Shown: positions 27,311 through 41,720 of the stretch, piece after piece
Layout: each line of letters opens with the position of its first letter
How positions within the stretch are numbered: position 1 is the first letter of the stretch
The notes under the pieces: generated by a model
The model's database searches: none
Told to the model about the DNA's origin: nothing
What the model saw: only the letters and a program-made list of their open reading frames with translations
Source: the human T2T-CHM13v2.0 reference genome, Homo sapiens
Assembly: GCF_009914755.1 (NCBI RefSeq)
Contig: NC_060928.1
Direction: 5' to 3' (one strand)
Length of the DNA stretch: 64,000 nt
Translations under genes and position numbers: made by a program

Positions 27311-29058
27311 TCTATTTTAAAATTTTCTTTATGTATCTTAATCTTTTAACTAATTTACTTTTATCAGCTTAAAAACATATGACTTGCCAAAAAAGTAAGT
27401 GTAAATAAAGAAACTATAGCGTTCTCCAGATTCTATTAGCTAAACGAAATAACTTTAGTTTTATCTATTGTTTTAATAGATTTGCATTTCCTTTAATGAT
27501 TTTGGATTGCCTAGTGTTTGACATCTATAATTTCCTGTGTTTTGTTTGATTGCTTATTTACATAGATAAGATCCAATATACTTTTTACATATTTTGAGTT
27601 TATGTACTCTTTGTACAGAATAAATTAACAACTGTGCCTTCTCTACTACTTAACTGAGACTACCTTGAGGGAGAAGCATTGTCATGTGTTTCTCCAGCAC
27701 TTTTCTTTGCTTCTCTAAGGCAGAGGAGACAGCAGACTAGTACAGTGAAGTCCCGTTGATGCTTTTTCTTCAGAACTCTTTAAGGAATATATGCTGAAAC
27801 AGAGCATTTTAGGGTAGGTGTTTAGAAAGCTGTTTTACCTTTATTCAACAGAGATAAAAAGTTATCTCAATGTTCCTTAATTAGATAAAAAAAGAAATAT
27901 TATTTATGCTTTCTCTTTTTATAATATATGGTATAAAAAATTGAGTAGAAACATGTTAGATGGTTTCAGAGTCCATATTCTTCACATATAAGATCATAAT
28001 CATATAATACTAAACACGTGAAATTAATTAGAAAATTAACAAATTAAATATATACATAAATATCCAAAGTTTGGGGAATTTAAAAACTATGTCTTATGAA
28101 CACAGTTTTAGCTCAGACAGTGAGGAGAAAACAAAATAAAAAAAAATTTGTTGTAATGAATATTGGCCTAGATGACATTTTAATAAAAAACTGGCTGCTG
28201 ATCAATAGAAAAAATTGGTTAACTTTCTCTGCTTGTGGTTGCCAACTGACTCTAACTATGGTCTACTTTTGGAAGATTTAAAACATTATAGCATCACTTA
28301 TAAGAGATCTTTTCAGAGAGTTGATGACATATTTTTATTACATACACTCTTATAGCTTACCAGATATGGCCTGTCCTGCAGTCCTCTGTCCTTTCCATAT
28401 GTTGGCAGGCAAAATGGAAATGAATTTGAACTTTTGTAGTTTTTATGTAGATGAATTGATTGTTTATTTTTTATTTGAGCCATGTTTTTAATTTCAAAAT
28501 ACATTTTCTCATAAAAAATACTTAATGTTTCTATGAAAACTAGAACATAGAAATCAGTCAGTAAACATAATAAACCAAAAATGTTTAAACTTCACATTAA
28601 TATCCCAGGCTAAGAAGTACCAAAATACAGATGCACATGTTAATAGACAAAACACTTGAGGACAATATAGGATAACATTACATAGAAAGAATATATAATA
28701 TTTTAAAAGTGTTTACAATGTCTAAGCATGTCTTATACTTATGAAGGATTATAAATGCAATGTTGTTTTTCTCTTATTTCTTCACTCAATGTAGATGTAG
28801 ACTAAAGATGCACAGTGCAATAGAATAAAATTTCTTATTTTTCATTATATTGTCTTCCCATAATTAGAAGGAATATATATTGTCAGATAACTTTGGTCAA
28901 TCAGGTTTCAATAAATATTATGTTATTTAGGGAATTTAACAAGATTGGTAGAATTAAGTTAAATAATAGGAATAACACAATATATACCATGGCCCAGGCT
29001 CAATAGCACTCCAGCTAATATAGAGCACTCTAGCACTCTAGTAGTGTTCTATGAATTG

Positions 29059-29220
29059 GTGCTGTCCAATACAGTATCCATTAGCTACAAGTGGCTACTT
29101 ACATTTAAATATAAATTAATTATAAATAAATAGCATTTAAAGTTCAGTTTTTTAATAGTTGTAGCCACATTTAAGTGTTTAATAAACACTAGACAGTTCT
29201 ACATAACAATGCTGGTCTGG
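29059..29220. mobile_element. MER33/MER3-like hAT DNA transposon
   Basis: 'gtgctgtccaatacagtatccattagctacaagtggcta..tagccacatttaagtg'. Confidence 0.75.
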
Positions 29221-29398
29221 ATCTTTACCAAAAATCAAACAGTGTGTCTTAATAAAACAATTATTACGTGTTTAATGTTCAAGCTAAAGTAAGTCGAATT
29301 AAAGTCCAAAAGGCTTTCTACTGATAAAGCTTTGTCTTCTACTGATAAAGTTGCAACCCTGTTATATTTTAAAAACTAGCATTAACCAAAAAAAGTTT

Positions 29399-30193
29399 TG
29401 TGAAAGTAGTCAGATAGTTAGACATGAGCAGGAGGGGGATACTCTGAAAAAAGGGTCTGGAGAATCTCATACGCCTGAGACCACCCAAATCATACATGCT
29501 ACATATGAGCAGAGATAAGGGGAAATATCTATGCAGAAAGAAACGCCCCTAAGACACCCAGTAATCGCTCACTCTGCAGTTAACCTGTCAGAATGTAGCT
29601 AGCTACATGCTGATAAGAAGGGAAGAGGGCAAAGGAAAAATGTCTAAGAGATACACAAGTATAAGTACAGATTTGACTGCTATTAAACCTACCTGGGAGG
29701 GAGGTAATGATCAATGCAGCCATTAGGTAGAATTCATATGGGACACCAGGCCCACGCATGTGAACCAACAAATATTAAGAGAGGGGCCCACAAGCCTGGG
29801 TGGAAACTAGGCAGGGACTTAGAGCAGAAGCAGAAAAATTAGACAAAGAAAGAAGGCAGAGACTTAAAACAGAGGCAGAACTTCAAGAAAAAAATCCAGC
29901 GTCATAAAAACCAATGCAGAACTCTCAGGGCTGCTGCTGGGTCATTCTCTCTTTCGACCAGCCTGCTGTGACTGGTCTTTAAGAGTTACTGTCTTTTAAA
30001 ATAAACCCTGGTAATGCTATTTTTCCAGCTGGGCCAGTTTGGAGCTGTTTTCCAACCAGGTCAGCCTGCTCCTCTCTTGGAGTCTACCCTTAGCTCCTTC
30101 ATAAACACTTTGCATACATTACTAATTGTCTCTTGGCCAAATCTTTGTCCCAAGTTAGAGAAGAACCGAGGATTCCCACACTTCATAGTAACA
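29399..30193 (+). mobile_element. Complete ERV1-class solo LTR (795 bp; family uncertain, MER66-like)
   Basis: TG...CA termini ('tgtgaaag'...'agtaaca'), exact 4-bp TSD gttt, TATA-like 'cataaaaa' ~29903 and aataaa ~30000. Confidence 0.8.
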
Positions 30194-30524
30194 GTTTGAT
30201 TATTGTTTGATTTATAAAATACCCAATATCATGCCAAAAATTTTATCATGTATAAGATTTAAATGGAGTTTTAAATGGGATGCAGTTTTGAATTACAAAA
30301 AGAAAAAACCAGCATCTGCATGATAATATATGATATGTTATTTGAAGTCTACCTCTGCTAAGAGCAGACTGTTGAATTTGCCCATAATTATCCAGTGTCT
30401 TGTGCTCTTATAATAACTCAAGTCATAATATAAAAAATGGAAAGAGAACTACAGTACATTGCATCACCTCACTCATCTCTTGTGCCTCAAGGAGTAGCAC
30501 CAGAATTAATCACGCTTGGAAAAA

Positions 30525-30991
30525 CAACCACCAGATATTTGGTGAAACATTATTCTGGGTATGCCTGTGATCGTGGTTTTGGATACTATTAACATTTGAA
30601 TTGGTAGATTGAGTAAAGCAAGTTACCCTTCCTAATGTGAGTGGCTGTCATCCACTCAGTTGAAGGCTTGGATAGAAAAAAAAAAGGTTAACCTTTTAAG
30701 TTAGAGGAAATTTTCATGCCTACTGAGATGGATCCTTAGTCTTTTCTTGTCTTTGAACTAGAACTAAAACATCAGCTCTTCTTACGTCTTGAGACGATTG
30801 GCTTTTCTACTGGAATTTACACTGTCAATTCTCCTGGTTCTAAAGCCTTTGGACTCGGACTGGAACTACACAATAAGTTCTTCTGAGTAATCGGTTTCCT
30901 AACTTCAGATCTTAGAACTTCTCAGCCTCCATAAACTTGTGAACCAATTCTTTATGTTGATTCTGTTTCTCTGGAGAACTTTGACTAATAT
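30525..30991 (+). mobile_element. MLT2 (ERVL) LTR
   Basis: 'ccagatatttggtgaaacattattctgggt', ends 'ttctgtttctctggagaactttgactaatata'. Confidence 0.85.
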
Positions 30992-31339
30992 ATCCATACT
31001 GATTATTAGGCTTTATTCCATCTGAAAGATAGGTAAGATGTGGAGTTTCTTTAATGGTTGTTGTTCTCCTTTCCCATCCAGGCCAGGAGTTGGGGGAAGA
31101 GTTCCTGGCACTTTCCCTAGTCTTCCCTATAGGTGCTCAGAGAGTTTCTTGGAAGAAAAGACTTTAAGAGGGTATGAACAATCAATATCTTCAGTCCTTA
31201 GTGGCCTCACCCTCCCATGGTGGACTACTGTTGACCTTTAGTCAATCATTTAAAATTCTAGCTTCATCTTCTTATTGGAATTTATGTCATTTGCCAGTGT
31301 CTGTTGCAGTTAAACAACTGTTTGGGTTATGTTACTCTT

Positions 31340-32200
31340 CTTGAATATTTCATGGACACATCAAATATAATGTGTCCACATGAAAACTATTATTTTTTTT
31401 TTCTATATCCCCACAAATCTCTTCTTAGACTGCTCATCTCTATCTATGTGAATGTCATCACCCTCACACTTAGGTTCACATTAAAAATATAAAAATACTC
31501 ATGTTTGATGCTTCTCTTTCCTTTAATCCTGTGTTCAAACTCATTGAAAAACATTGTTTTTACTCCAAAATAATTCCATAATCCATCTTATTTCTTCCTT
31601 TGGTTTACTCTCCTAGCTTCATTAGTCATCATTCCGTTCCTCCTAAGTCCTCCTTACTTTTGCCTTTATCTGTTAAAATCCTTTCTGCTCTTCAAAACCT
31701 AAGTTATGACATTTCATACCTCTGTCTAAAACTTTTCAAGGACTTTGTCTTGCACTTAAAATAAAATCCAAGTTTTTTATCACGGTCAATTACTACTAAG
31801 TCATTTCACATATTTGATCTCTTCTCAACTTATTCTCTTCCACATACCATAAACCATAACCTCTGGCATCTCAGTTTTCTACTTTCCTGCAATATATCAA
31901 TAGGATTTCTACTTCTGGGCATTTGCATTTATGTTTCATCTTTTTATCTTTATAAAATCATTTACCCATATTGTTGGATCTCAAATCAGGTATCTCTTTC
32001 AGAAGGTCTTTACTGATAACCGTATCGAGTGTTTTGCTTAAATCACAGTTATCTTTTATTACATAATCTATATCTTCATAGCATATGATCCAGTTAAATA
32101 TCAATATACATTTGCATTTTGTTGTGGTGGTTGTTGTTGTGTTTCTACCTCTGAAACATAGGCTTCATGAAGGAAGGGAATACTGTGTTGCTCTCAAACT
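31340..32200 (+). mobile_element. L2 LINE 3' remnant
   Basis: 'catcaaatataatgtgtcca', 'cacttaaaataaaatccaag', 'gggcatttgcattt', 'ggcttcatgaaggaaggga'. Confidence 0.7.
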
Positions 32201-34454
32201 GCATTAGCCAATTGATAAATACAGATTAAAGGCATAGAACCAAGTATTGGAAATTAAGTATTCTTTAATACATAATTAGAATATAAAAGAAAATGCAGTA
32301 TGAAACTCTTCTAAATGCACTTACATTGGCTACTCTGACTACAAGCTAAACATGAAGAGACATCAAAGGGCCATGTTTTCTGAAGGGAGTTGCAAACAGT
32401 TGAAGTGTAGACTCCCAGCCACCAATTCAACTTCTCCATTTCCTCACACCTGACTGAAAAGCAGAAAAAAAGAAAAACTGGAGAAGAATTTGAAAACGAT
32501 ATACCAGCACAATGAAGAAGCTTCAATGTAGTTATTTAGAGAAATTGGAGTGCTTGGACAAAGGACAGCCTCACACTCTCAGACTTATAGACTGCTTATG
32601 TTAATGATAAGTGAAAGAAACTGATGACGATGACTATTTGAGCATACAGAAAAAAAGGCTGGGGAAGTAAGTTTGGGAAGATTAATATTTCAAAAGTGGG
32701 GAATCATGCATTCCTCCTATTTGGTTTGGCGAGGATGAATAAATTTTCTAGGAATGACATGACATTCAATGGTGTTTGAGCTCTTAGACACATTCTCCAT
32801 CCTCCCAAGATGATGTACAAAGAAATTTGTGAGGTGTACTTTTGCAATTGGAGCTAAGAGAGGAGGGGAAGGGCAAGAAGGCATTGAATCAAAGCAGACA
32901 TTCTTTATTGAGAGACTCTGCCACAAAGAGGTTCCCTTCACAATCCTCTGAAAACTTTATACTTGTAGTACACAAAGCCATCTGGCACACAGCGGGCACC
33001 TGACAGAGGTCAGTCTTACATATATAACCAGTGATTGCCATGGGAAAGAATTTTTTTTTTTTTTTTTTTTAGCAAGGGGTGCTTTCTTTTTTCCCTTGGC
33101 TCCCATCACACTAGAGATGAGATAGGCCAATGGAGTGGGGAGGAACCAATTGCATTACATCTCCCTACAGTTACTTTGGGACAATAGCACTAATGCTGAT
33201 AAAGGAGGGGGATTATTTAATTGAGCATGAGATGGAAGGTTTAATATGACTTTGTTTGTTTTATGTACTTGACAGTGGCTTAAAATTATGGAATTTGCTA
33301 CCCAAGATGATATGAAGGACCGGCAAAGAAAATGTGTTGGAAGGTGTATAAAAACCTAAGTTGGGAAATAATCTAGCCAATTCCTATATGTAGCATACAT
33401 CAGCTGTTAAATATAATGATATATGTACTTGGAATTAAACAAAAATATATATTACATGTAATTAATGGGTCACATCTCTTTATTATTGACTGAATTATTG
33501 ATTCTGCAAGATTTTGCCACCCTAAAACTGAGGCAATATGATTCCTACTTGTAAGCCCAGCCATCCTTTTAGCTTCAAGATAAATCCTGATTTTAAGCAG
33601 AGATTTTAAAAATGTAACAATTTTGTCACCTACTCTATTTCATAGCTAAGACTTGTCACCTTATGAGACTGAGTCTCTGATTTTGTATTGTTATTTTGTA
33701 GTGAGATTATCAGAATCCTTTATTCATATCAAAACCATGCCCTCTTTTCTTTATCTATTCAAGGCCTTGCATTTGTGATTATTTTAGGAAGAAATACTTG
33801 CTTCAATTAAACTCAACTAAAATATCACCTCCTCTTGCTATGCATTAGTTAAAGCTTAGAATAAGAGCACATTCTACTTATTTACCTAGCACTAAGTTTT
33901 CACTCCAGGCCACTCCCCAGGGCTCCTATGCATTGTTATGTAGGTTGTATACTGTACAAATATGCTACCTCTAAGGTTTTTGTCTATTTATTATACACAA
34001 TAAAGATCCTATTTTTTTTGAAATTACTTTCCTTGTATTATTATACTTTAAGTGACTAAATATGGACAAATTTTTTAGACATTATAATATGTTTCTAGCA
34101 GTTAGCGGTTCAGTGCCTTATTTGAACAAAATCAATATTTTACAATAATTTTCTATTCGATGAAAATCAAATGTGTTGTTCTAAGAGGGCATGGTTTTTA
34201 ATATGAAAAAGAGATTCTAGTCATCTCACTTTATCTACTTCTTTATCAGCTGAGTAGATAAAGAAGTAGATAAAAACACATCATCATATTAATATATTAT
34301 TCTACTGTATTGACTTACAAACGAGGAACAAATTCAAAATCAAGCACGCAAGTCGATCTAATAATATGCTAAGTAAAATTCTGCTTTTTCAACTGGTATA
34401 TTGACTGGAAAGTATTTGAAAAAATTGTTTAAATTTTATTTGTCTCCTATAAAT

Positions 34455-35076
34455 TAGATATTTATTTTTATTTATTTATTTTAACAGTTTTTTGGGAAAA
34501 GGTGGTTTTTGGTTACATAGACTAAGTTCTTTAGTGGTAATTACTAAGATTTTGGTGCACACATCACCCAAGAAGTGTACACTGTATTGAATACTTATTA
34601 TTTTATCCTTTGCCCCCCTCCCCCAGATTCTCCCTGCATCTCCAAAGTCCATTATTCTTATACCTTTGCATTCTCATTGCTTAGCTCCCACTTATAAGTG
34701 AGAACATAAGATGTTTGGTTTTCCATTCCTGAGTTACTTAATTTAGAACAATCTCTCTAATTCCTTCCAGGTTGTTGCGGATGTCATGATCTCACTCCTT
34801 TTTACAGCTGCATAATGTTTTATGTTGTATATATGCCACATTTTCTTTATCCACTTGTTGGTAGATAGGCATTTAGGCTGGTTCCTGTAAATTGTGCTGC
34901 TATTAACATGGGTGTACAAGTGTCTTTTTCATGCAATGACTTCTTTTCTTCTGGGTAGATACCCAGTAATGGGATTGCTGAGTCAACTAGTAGTTCCACT
35001 TTTAGTTATTTAAGGAATCTCCATACTGTTTTCCATAGTGGTGTACTAGTTTACATTCCCACCAGCAGTGTAAAAG
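34455..35076 (-). mobile_element. L1PB 3'-end fragment
   Basis: 'ggtggtttttggttacat..aagttctttagtggt..gattttggtgcac', 'gggtagatacccagta', 'cattcccaccagcagtgta'. Confidence 0.92.
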
Positions 35077-35350
35077 ACAAAAGTAAATATTATAAAGATC
35101 TAATCAGAGATTACTATGTTGTGAATTATTGATCATAACAAATGTACATTTGCTGCTATGAAAATTTTGACAGTACAAAAATTAACTGCTGCTAAAATTT
35201 AGTACATTATTACATTATTTATATATTTTAAAGTCTAAAATTAAATACTAAGCTGGTATTTTATTTATCCCCCAAAGTTAGAACTTATCTGAATAAGAAA
35301 AAAGAATGGAAAAAGACATTCGAGATGAAAATTAAAGAACAGTATATATC

Positions 35351-35822
35351 TGCAAGTGTATATTCATTGTAGCACTAGTCACAATAGCAAAGACATGGAA
35401 TCAACTCAAATGCCCATCAATGATAGACTGGATAAAGAAAATGTGGTATATAAACCATGGAATACTACACAGCAATAAAAAGTATAAGATCATGTTCTTT
35501 GCAGAGACATGGATGGAGCTGGAAGCCATTATCCTCACCAAACTAACAGGAACACGAAAACAAACACTGCATATTCTCACTTATAATTGGGAGCAGAATG
35601 ATGAAAACATATGGACACAGGGAGGAGAACAACACACACTGGGGCCTGTCGGGGAGGTGAGGGAGGCCATCAGGATAAACAGCTAATGCATGTGGCGGCT
35701 TAATACCTAAGTGATGGGTTGATAGGTGCAGCAAACCACCATGGCACACGTTTACCTATGTAACAATCCAGCATGTCCTGCACATATATCCCAGAACTTA
35801 AAATAAAATAAAACAAAATTCA
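35351..35822 (+). mobile_element. 5'-truncated older L1PA 3' end
   Basis: 'atgatagactggataaagaaaatgtgg'...'cccagaacttaaaataaaa'; TSD aaagaa(c/t)agtat(a/g)tatc. Confidence 0.93.
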
Positions 35823-36019
35823 AAAAGAATAGTATGTATCATTGAGAACATATTTTAGAGAGAAAATAATATAGTATCAGATGGAGTGGCAGAAAAGACT
35901 TTAGAATTAAGATTTTCACCTGATTCTTACAGAAAAATTTTGTTCTCTATCTACTATAATAGGTTTTGAGAAAAACTGGAAGATTTTTAAAAGTACTAAA
36001 AAAAACTTTAAAATAAAAC

Positions 36020-36470
36020 ATTGTGGCTGCAAACAATTATTTATTTTTTACAATTTGTCATTTGGATAGTTCTTTGCTCTGCTCCACGTGGTGTTAGGGT
36101 AGTTCCGGAAGCTAGGAAATTCATTTCCAAGATGACTCACTCACATGGCCAGCAGTTGTGCTGAGTGGCTGGACTTAGATGGGACTGTCAATTGAATCAT
36201 TTACGCAGGGGCTGTGCTTCTCACAGCTTGGTGTCATGGTTGTGAAAGGGAACATCTCAAGAGCAAGCATTTTAAGAAAGAGAAAGCAGGTTGGCAAGGT
36301 CTAATAAGAGCAAGGAACTGAACTGGCACTCAAGGAAAGTGCTGGTTCCTTGCATTCCATCAGTTGTAATAGTTAATACCAACCTACCATCAATATAGGG
36401 AGAGATAAACCCCATCTTTCCATAGGGGGAGTAACAAAGAATGTTTGGTCATTTTTTATTGCTCTGCACT
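36020..36470 (-). mobile_element. Old MLT1-type LTR remnant
   Basis: 'ccaagatgactcactcacatggccagcagttg', 'cttctcacagcttggtg'. Confidence 0.6.
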
Positions 36471-39400
36471 TACTATAAGTCCATCTATGGTCTAAAATTA
36501 TATTTCAACATCATTGTTTCCTATATTACTTGAATCAATGCTACCTTTAAAGATAGGTTTAAAAAAATAAAAGAACATCATTGTTTTAAATGACTTTTGT
36601 AATTTAAAAAACTAATAAATGTCAAAAACAGTAGCTTGTAAAAACTTTTTAAAGTTGAAGGTGACTCAAACATAAGGGATATGAAATTGATGGGACATCA
36701 ACATACAAGTAATTCAAAACATTGAGTTTATTTTTCCTAAAATCTAGTATAATTCTCTTAAAGCATTGCAGCTTATTTTATGTGGTTATTTACTAATCAC
36801 ACTTTTGTAGTTTTTATATCATTTCCACTAATCAGTTGCAAGAAGATGTCAATTTAAAATTAATAATGTTTAAATACCATTTAAGTTCTATGATTTCATT
36901 CAAAATATAAAATGTAGCTATCATTTTTATGAAAATTGAAAAAAGAACAAGCAGTCATAACAGATAATTTTCATAAAAGTGTGATATTGATTGGCTTTAT
37001 AACAAATTAGGATTTTCTAGTAAATTTCAGTTACTAATTAATTTGATTGATACTGGTCTATTATGGTAATACTGATAATGGTCTATTATGGTAAATTCAC
37101 TAAATGGATTTGTATACTATACAATGAGTTAGTGGTTGAGGTTATTGTTATTGAGAAGCTAAGTCATATACTTACATTTTTTCTAATTTTATAAAGTATT
37201 GTTTTTGTCTAAGTCACACAAACATAGCTTGGTGTTCATATTGCCTTGTTAATCTGCTTTGTTCAACTACATTTATTCATGTTCAATCATTCTTTGAAGA
37301 AAAATGAAGCAATACTATTTTTTAACAATAAATTTTTAATGCTAGATGTATTGCAGAGTTTTTTGACATGAATATCAACTCCTCCATAAACAATAAAACT
37401 GCACAAGAATACAAACATTGAAACCACATTATCAGTTTCTATATGACCCATTGGCAAAGCAAATAAAAAAGGTGGTTTCCAATAAAAATGAGGATGGTCA
37501 CCTTTTTGCATAGTTTACCAAGGTGAGTGGCATCAGGAAAGTAATTAGTAAATAGTGGGAATAATTATATCAACCAGCTCAAGGAAGGCAACCTAGGACT
37601 AAATTCACTGTGGGTGAAATGGATTATTTAGAAAGTAGTTAACCACCACCTTTATCCTTAACACCTCTAATAGATGTTTGTTTTAGAGGACAACATTTAC
37701 ATTTTCTAGGCTTGTCTGTCTTCATTTCAAACATAAGGGCATTGCTAAGACCTACGCTGTATCTAAGCTTATGTAAGTGCACAAAATCTATGTTTTTTTA
37801 AAAAAAGGAGGAAGGAGGAAGTACACTTATTTAATTCATTTGTTAAACAAAAAGTGAAGGAAAAATAGAAAAGACCTAGAGTAGTGTCTTGGATTATTCC
37901 CTTCAGATAAAGTCTATTTCTCTTTTGTCTCTTTTTAATAGTAGTTGTATGTATTAGTTGTTTCTCATTCTTTTCAACATTTTTATTTTCAGAAACAAAT
38001 GATCTATCAAATATTAAGATTGTAATTCTACTTAATCCTTTTGCTCAAGGAGGTGAGCTATATTATAGTAAAACAATCTCACAGATACATCAGAATTGTA
38101 TCTTTCCAAATTCATTTTGAAATGTGTTATTTTTAATTAACTGGATATAATATGAAATGAAAGTAAATGTAGAAATACAAGAAAATTATCAGAGAAAAAC
38201 AACAAATTATGCTGGGGTGATTTTATTTAAGTATATTAAATGAATGACAACACTTATTTGAGGATATTTGAGCTTGGTAGTAACTTAACCATCCTTATAC
38301 GAGCCTTCATAGAGATAGCGTTGAGATAAATAAGATTTTCAACGTAAGAAAAATGGTGTAAATACCAGTGTAGATTTTATGTGCCTTAGATACCGAAATC
38401 TTGTTAGCCAAAACAATCTGGTAGTAACAATTAATGAATTCTAAAAAAAGGGAATCCTAGAAAGTTTGATGCCAGAAAATGCTTACTGTGAGCCTCTACT
38501 TTTCCTTCTGCCAAGTAATTGGCAAGCTAAACTCTAAACCTTGTCTACAATTAATTATAAGCAATCAAAGTCAGTTTGAATATGACTTTAGTATCGTGTA
38601 ATTTATTGTTGTTACAAATATTTACACTGTATTGTTGTAGTTACATTCAAATAATTTATCTTTTTTTATTTAAAAATGTAGAATTATTTTCACAGAGAAA
38701 CATTTTTCTTCTAATTTGGCTTGATACAAGAAAAATTATGTGCAAGTATCAAGTTTTTTTTTAAATGAAATTTAAAAATAGGTTACCTATGTTAATTTCT
38801 AAAAATTGTCCCTTCGTTTGAATTTAAATGAACACTGTTTACATGAAATGTTTTCTAAGAAAACATTTCTCTATTGTGGCCATTTTTTTATGTTCATGAG
38901 GATGAACGGGAACTTATTATTAAAATTTGCACTCCTACCTCTGAGTCACTTTTTGTTACTATGAGAAAACACTTCTGACAGTGGTTCAAAACATTGCTGA
39001 GGTATTCAATTATTTCTCTATTGCTCAACATAAAAATGTAGAAAGAATATTCAGCAAAATACATTTTCTGTATTTAATATAAATATACATGTATATATAT
39101 ATTTCTATATTTCTTCTTCTTTTACATAAAGGCAGTTTCAATATTTTCTTTCAGTATTAAATTTTTGGCAGAAACAAATCATCTATTAAATATTTTACTT
39201 AACAAATGACAACAATGCAATGTTGATATTAACCTCCAAATAAGCTACTCAACTGATAGACTTTAAATATGTTTTATACTTCAGTATACCAATGCCTTTC
39301 CTATATGGGCAGGCATAGATATTATGAAATATGAAGGAAGAATTAACTTATTTATATTACTTGGGATAGTACAGTGCCTTTGGTTCTTCACAACTGTTTA

Positions 39401-40129
39401 CAGAACATGAATAACCTTATACATACACCGCTTCTTGTTTCAAATTTGTATAATAGAGGGTCAGATTGCATTGATCCTTTGAAGTTCTCATAGCGGAATT
39501 GAGTAAACACTGAGAAAAATCTATTTAAACTTACTAGATATGTATTTGATACTTCTGTTTGAATTCCTGACTCTTTTAAATCACAGCTAAAATATGATAT
39601 TTCATGAAGCTTCCTTAGACTATGCTCTCTGAAGTGGTCTGTCTCCTCCCTGACTCCTTTTGGCCTTTATTTTTGGTATTACTTACTTAGAACAGGCTAT
39701 GTTCAATATAGAATATAATTTATCTATACACACCTTATGAACTCTTTAAGTATCAGAGTTATGATTTATAGTTTCTGTGTGCATGTGTGTGTGTATGTTT
39801 GTGTGTGTATTTGCCCTAGCAAGATAATTACCCCAAAAATGACCACTTCTCTTTTTAGTCTCATTTCAACGCTGTCTTTTACAGGGACTAAAACTTATCA
39901 GAATCCTGCAACAGTGGTCCCAAGAAATCCAGAAAAGTTTTATGCTTTTCAAAAAAAAATCAACGAGCATAAAAAGAGCAGAAAAACTGTCCTAAAATGT
40001 AGAAGAAATCATTTGAAATAGTAGCGTTATTTATTATTTTTAAATATGCTTCACTGAGGAGAGGTCTGACTTCTCAAGATTGAGGGGCCAGGCATAATTA
40101 AAGATAAGGGAATTTGTTCCATCAGGATT

Positions 40130-40496
40130 TACTATGGTCTGAATATTTGTGTCACCCCAAATTTATTTGTTGAAACCTAATCATCCAGATGATGATATGT
40201 GAGGTGAGGCTTTTGGGGGGTGACTAGATCCTGAGTGCAGAGCCCTCATAAATAGAATTAGTAACCATATAAAAGATGTTCCAGAGAGTTGCCTTTCCCC
40301 TTTCACCATGTGAGGACACAGACAGAAGTTGCCATGAACCAGGAAGAGGGCTCTCTCGTCAGATATTAAATCTGCCTGCATCTTGTTCTTGGATCTCCAG
40401 AGTCCAGAACAGTTAGATGTTTATTTAAATAAAAAGATGTAAGGTAAATACTGGCTTAACGTAGTTTTGTTAGAGCAGCTCAAACGGACTAAGACA
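40130..40496 (+). mobile_element. MLT1A-type MaLR LTR
   Basis: 'ctatggtctgaatatttgtgtcaccccaaatt..gttgaaacctaatc', ends 'gcagctcaaacggactaagaca'. Confidence 0.88.
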
Positions 40497-40635
40497 GGTG
40501 TCTTCGGATACCACCACTTGCTGATATTAAAAGTTATAGGAGGAGACAATTTTCTCCTCTACACTGACTTAAATTTAGAAGAAAGTGTTTTTCTTCTTGT
40601 AAAACTAAAAAATGCATTTTCTAATTAAAGTATCA

Positions 40636-40946
40636 TTTATTTATTTGTTTATTTATATTTATTGAGACAGAGTCTCACTGTGTCTCCCAGTCTGGAGTAC
40701 AGTGGTGTGACCTTGGCTTACTGCAGCCTTGACCTCCCTGGCTCAAGCAGTTGTCCTACCTCAGCCTTCCAAGTAGCTGGGACTACAGGTGCACCTCAGC
40801 TTGCTGGGCTAATTTTTGTGGTTTTTGTAGAGACTGTGGTCTCACCTTATTGCCGAGGCCTGTCTTGAACTCCTAGGCTCAAGTGGTCTTCCTGCCTCGG
40901 TCTCCCAAAGTCCTGGGATTATAGGCATGAGCCACCACGCCTGGCC
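40636..40946 (-). mobile_element. AluJ SINE
   Basis: 'ctgcagccttgacctccctggctcaagc', 'aactcctaggctcaagtg'. Confidence 0.93.
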
Positions 40947-40991
40947 CAATTATTGTACAAAGAAAATGAATTAAGAATATGGTAAGTAGAC

Positions 40992-41279
40992 AGCCGGGTG
41001 CAGTGGCTCACGCATGTAATCCCAGCACTTTGGGTGGCCAAGGCTAGTGGATCACAAGGTCAGGAGATCAAGACCATCCTGGCTAACACGGTGAAACCCC
41101 ATCTCTACTAAAAATACAAAAAAGTAGCTGGGTGTGGTGGCGGGCGCCTGTAGTCCCAGCTACTCAGGAGGCTGAGGCAGGAGAATGGCGTGAACCTGGG
41201 AAGCGGAGCTTGCAGTGAGCCGAGATCGCGCGACTGCACTCCACCCTCGGGGACAGAGTGAGACACTGCCTCAAAAAAA
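40992..41279 (+). mobile_element. AluY SINE
   Basis: 'ctggctaacacggtg', 'gaatggcgtgaacc..ggagcttgc'; TSD aagaatatggta(a/g)gtaga. Confidence 0.95.
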
Positions 41280-41529
41280 AAGAATATGGTAGGTAGAACA
41301 GTAGAAGCACAGGTGATGGCTGACCTGATAAACAATAAATTGTTAAACTGGATTTCTAAATTGGCGTGATACACCAGAACAACCAATTTCTAAAACGACC
41401 TAGTCACATTTTCCCCCATTTTATTTTCTTAGGTTTCATTAAACATTAGCAGTTTTTCATGGCTACTGTTGGTAATGCCCTGTTCCAAAAACACTGCCTG
41501 TAAGAGATATTACTAGTCGTTATGACGAC

Positions 41530-41720
41530 ATAATGTATCCTTGAAAAACAATAACAGAGTGAATGGATGTTAAGTGTTCTCACCACAAAAATGATAACTA
41601 TGTGAGGTGATGCATTTGTGAATCAGCTGGATTTATTCATTCCACAATATATATATACTTCAAACAGTATGCTGTACACAATAAATACATACAATGTTAC
41701 CTGCCAATTAAAACATTTAA
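41530..41720 (+). mobile_element. L1MA/MB 3'-end fragment
   Basis: 'aagtgttctcaccacaaaaatgataactatgtgaggtgatg..cattccacaat'. Confidence 0.85.
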
